From a virus (taxonomy: Duplodnaviria; Caudoviricetes): a stretch of DNA of 64,000 nucleotides. Where the stretch lies: positions 1-64,000 of IMG/VR virus record IMGVR_UViG_3300019373_000007; one strand, written 5' to 3'. Positions within the stretch are counted from its first letter, which is position 1. Every line of letters begins with the position of its first letter. This document shows, in pieces, positions 61,088 through 64,000 of the stretch. The notes under the pieces were generated by a model that searched no databases, was not told the DNA's origin, and saw only the letters and a list, made by a program, of their open reading frames with translations. Both the position numbers and the translations under genes were made by a program.

Positions 61088-61252
61088 ATGATTGAAATAC
61101 AAGGACAATACAACACAGCAAGAGTATTCACAGATAGTGCAGATGAAGCTCCTCAGGCCTACAGGCCGATTGATGAAATCATAGCTAACATCGAGCCTAC
61201 ATGTGATATTATCAACACAATCAAGCCGATCTACAACTTCAAGGCATCATAA
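61088..61252 (+). pseudogene. rtcB: Internally deleted RtcB RNA ligase (termini fused in frame)
   Basis: MIEIQGQYNTARVFTD (RtcB-like start) joined to DEAPQAYRP...IKPIYNFKAS (RtcB-like end). Confidence 0.8.
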
Positions 61253-61330
61253 ATGATAGCGCAGTCAAACAAAGCTGCGCTATTTCTATGTAAGAATCGT
61301 TATATTCTGTAAGAGAAGGAGGTAGACGCA

Positions 61331-62836
61331 ATGTCATTAGAATTAGAGAATTTATCTGCTCTTTCCATTGGGCAGCTAGTTAATTTTAAGGAAGTAAAGC
61401 CTACAGAGGTAGTAGACTACTTTGCGGATCGCATCGAAAAGAGAAATCCTTCTATCAACGCATTTGTTTACACTAAGATAGACGAAGCGATGGAAGTAGC
61501 TAAGGAGCAAGAGAAGAAAATCATGTCCGGAATGTCTCCGGGAGTATTCGCTGGAGTTCCGGTTTGCTTGAAGGACTTTTTGCCTTCTAAGGAGGGATGG
61601 ACAAACAGTCATGGCGGTGTGCGAGCACTTATCCAGAGAGACCCAGAGGACTCCGAATTCACTAAGGCAGCAGAAGCAATGGGTGCTATTCCTATTGGAA
61701 AGGCCAACGCACCTGCTTTCGCTTTCAGAGGAATCACAGACAATCAGATGTATGGTCCTACTAGCACACCATTCAAGCCAGGATACAATTCGGGTGGATC
61801 GTCAGGAGGAACTGCTGCTGCAGTCGGCGACGGATTGGTTCCGTTAGGAGAAGGGTCAGACGGAGGCGGATCCATTAGAATACCATCCGCATGGTGCGGT
61901 TGCTTTGGATTCAAGCCGTCTGTCGGAGCTGTTCCTAGCGTATGCAGACCTGATGCTTGGACTGCAACACATCCATTCTGCTTCAATGGTGCAATTACGC
62001 GTACGGTAGAAGACAGTTTAGCTATATTCCGGATGATGTGTCACTACGACCTACATGATCCATTTAGTGTGCCTAGCTCAGTTATCTTCAACAAGAATAG
62101 TTCCTTTGTAGCTAACCAGACAATCCGCATTGGCCTTGTCAGAGACTTCGGAGTATTTCCAGTAGAAGATGAACTCTGGGAAGTAATCAAGAGAGCTGCT
62201 AAGATGGCTGAATCTTCTTTATCTGCTAACATCATTGTAGAAGAAGTGGATCCAGATAGCTTGTCACTTGCTCCATTCACCGCAGAGGACTTAGCTGAGA
62301 TGTGGTGCAGGATGATCTCTATCGATACATCCATTGACATGAACCTGTGGGCAAGATCCGGTAAGGTAGATATGCGTGACCCTGCTCTAGAGTATCAGCT
62401 CACTCCTGAATTCATTCATTGGGATAAGGTTGCGTCTACTCAGACAGGAATCATGGACTATCGCACATTCAACGAAATGCGAACTGCTGTCCTTGATATG
62501 CACATTGACTTATTCAGGAAGTACGATTTCATCATCAGCCCAGTTACATGTTGCAACCCTGTCCCTAATGATACATCTGAGAAGGTAACAGCAGGTCCTG
62601 CTACAATCAACGGACGGAAAGTAGATCAAGCAATCGGCTTCTGCGAAACATTCTTACAGAATTTCATCGGATATCCTGCAGCTTCTATCCCAGCAGGATT
62701 GTCTGCCGACGGCTTGCCTATCGGAATGCAGATTGTAGGAAAGAAGTATTCAGACCACAAGCTGTTCCAGCTGTCTCGAATCTACGAGAACGTCAACCCA
62801 TGGAGCTACTCTATCCCATTCAATAGAGCAATCTAG
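61331..62836 (+). CDS. Amidase signature family enzyme
   Basis: GVPVCLKD, GGSSGG, GSDGGGSIRIPS, GLPIGMQ. Confidence 0.95.
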   Translation: MSLELENLSALSIGQLVNFKEVKPTEVVDYFADRIEKRNPSINAFVYTKIDEAMEVAKEQEKKIMSGMSPGVFAGVPVCLKDFLPSKEGWTNSHGGVRALIQRDPEDSEFTKAAEAMGAIPIGKANAPAFAFRGITDNQMYGPTSTPFKPGYNSGGSSGGTAAAVGDGLVPLGEGSDGGGSIRIPSAWCGCFGFKPSVGAVPSVCRPDAWTATHPFCFNGAITRTVEDSLAIFRMMCHYDLHDPFSVPSSVIFNKNSSFVANQTIRIGLVRDFGVFPVEDELWEVIKRAAKMAESSLSANIIVEEVDPDSLSLAPFTAEDLAEMWCRMISIDTSIDMNLWARSGKVDMRDPALEYQLTPEFIHWDKVASTQTGIMDYRTFNEMRTAVLDMHIDLFRKYDFIISPVTCCNPVPNDTSEKVTAGPATINGRKVDQAIGFCETFLQNFIGYPAASIPAGLSADGLPIGMQIVGKKYSDHKLFQLSRIYENVNPWSYSIPFNRAI

Positions 62837-62854
62837 TTAAAGGAGAGTATACAT

Positions 62855-63082
62855 ATGGATCCAAAAGAGTTCAAATCAGTAGCTAGCTTAGCTAAGGAGA
62901 AAGGTGCATCTAAGGTGTGGTTGTGCCCTAGATTAGTCACTAACACGTCATTCAACAGACCTCCATACCTAGCTGGCATTGAGTGCTCAGTGAACAGCAT
63001 TCCTGCAGAGATTAAGGAAAGACGAGTTACTCGCTACTTTTGTGAAAATAACACTCTCTGCATCATTTGGGAGAACAATTAG
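62855..63082 (+). CDS. Hypothetical protein
   Basis: ORF with AGGAG RBS. Confidence 0.55.
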   Translation: MDPKEFKSVASLAKEKGASKVWLCPRLVTNTSFNRPPYLAGIECSVNSIPAEIKERRVTRYFCENNTLCIIWENN

Positions 63083-63255
63083 CTGCTAATATCGTGGTAA
63101 GATGTCAGGTTTAAATATTTTTATATAATTTTTGATTTTTCTCTTTATTTTCTGCACAATGTATCTTATAATATGTTTGTAGGTAATAAACGGGGGATAA
63201 ACATTATCAATTTTCGTCAATGCTTATCAACAATCCAAAAGGAGGACAATTAAAT

Positions 63256-63984
63256 ATGAACCTGACATCTTTCTATGAAACTAGAGACCTTTTCTTAGAG
63301 TACACTCAGTACTCCGCACCACTTAGCTTCGATGAGTGGGCAAAACTTCCAGAAGACGAAAACAACAAAGACTATTATCAGTCATCTGAATGCAAGAAGA
63401 CAGCTGTATTGTATCTTCAGTTCTTTCCGGAGATCATCGCTGCTTGGCAGATGGCTAATTCATATGATTTCATTCCTGCCGAAGACGGAGTTACCATCGT
63501 TCTTCAGTACCTCAGAAAGAACGCTCCTAAGATCGAGCAGGATAGTAAGAGATTTACAGCCTCTTATATCTATAGAGTAGCTTACAACTGCATGTATTGC
63601 ATCTGCCACGACCGCATCTGCGACAAGGAGAGATGGGCAAATGAGACACCTAACATCGTCGGATATGGCGATGACCAGGTCGACTTGTTTGATTTAGTAT
63701 CTACTGACGGACAGGACCCAGTACTTGACAAGCTGGAAAGAGAGACAATCGAGGCCCTCTTCTGGCACGAAATCAAGCAAGCAGGCCCTAAGGCAGAGAA
63801 GTTAGCTTACTATCTTCTTAATCAGGACAACGAATACAAGAAGGCAATCAGACCAAGCTCCAAGAAGTACATCGACGAGCTCAGCGCTATCAATCTCATT
63901 GATGAAGAGATCGAGCCATTGATGGAACAGCTTCGCAGCTGTCTTGCTAAGTTCGCTCCTTACTTCAACGTACTTACTGCATGA
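63256..63984 (+). CDS. Second divergent sigma-factor-like protein
   Basis: AEDGV.IVLQYL..FTASYIYRVAYN (ECF region 2-like); TATAAT at 63167 in AT-rich upstream DNA. Confidence 0.5.
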   Translation: MNLTSFYETRDLFLEYTQYSAPLSFDEWAKLPEDENNKDYYQSSECKKTAVLYLQFFPEIIAAWQMANSYDFIPAEDGVTIVLQYLRKNAPKIEQDSKRFTASYIYRVAYNCMYCICHDRICDKERWANETPNIVGYGDDQVDLFDLVSTDGQDPVLDKLERETIEALFWHEIKQAGPKAEKLAYYLLNQDNEYKKAIRPSSKKYIDELSAINLIDEEIEPLMEQLRSCLAKFAPYFNVLTA

Positions 63985-64000
63985 ATCGTTATGTAGCATA

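Overview
This 64 kb window looks like part of a large tailed-phage genome from a Firmicutes host (Clostridia/Lachnospiraceae-like; inferred from strong AGGAGG RBSs, sigmaA-type promoters, RecU and the endolysin type). Almost all genes are on the + strand. It contains a putative tail tube gene split by an ORF-less group I intron, neck/virion genes, a lysis cassette, and replication/repair genes (RecU, UvrD, Rad50-like ATPase, NAD ligase, DnaB, Nudix). It also has two sigma-like genes plus an omega-like gene, a candidate origin with five palindromic repeats, an ~11 kb block of modular small ORFs, degenerate tRNA-like elements, a 7-deazaguanine/preQ1 cluster (queF, queC, queD, queE, folE, deaminase, phosphoribosyltransferase, VUT transporter) and a TnpB-only IS. 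Most notable: (1) three dispersed fibre-like genes whose variable C-termini lie between two recombinase-like sites with shared arms but different 6-bp cores (TACACA in frame, GTAATC downstream), with a tyrosine recombinase elsewhere, suggesting distributed cassette exchange; (2) preQ1-like riboswitches, including a tandem pair, on the phage que genes; (3) two covarying pseudoknot/terminator leader RNAs ahead of toxin-like genes; (4) a shared MKRxxxS N-terminal tag on unrelated proteins; (5) two recurrent promoter-like motifs. Several frameshifts fall in homopolymers and are probably sequencing errors. All calls come from motif recognition by eye; no searches were run.
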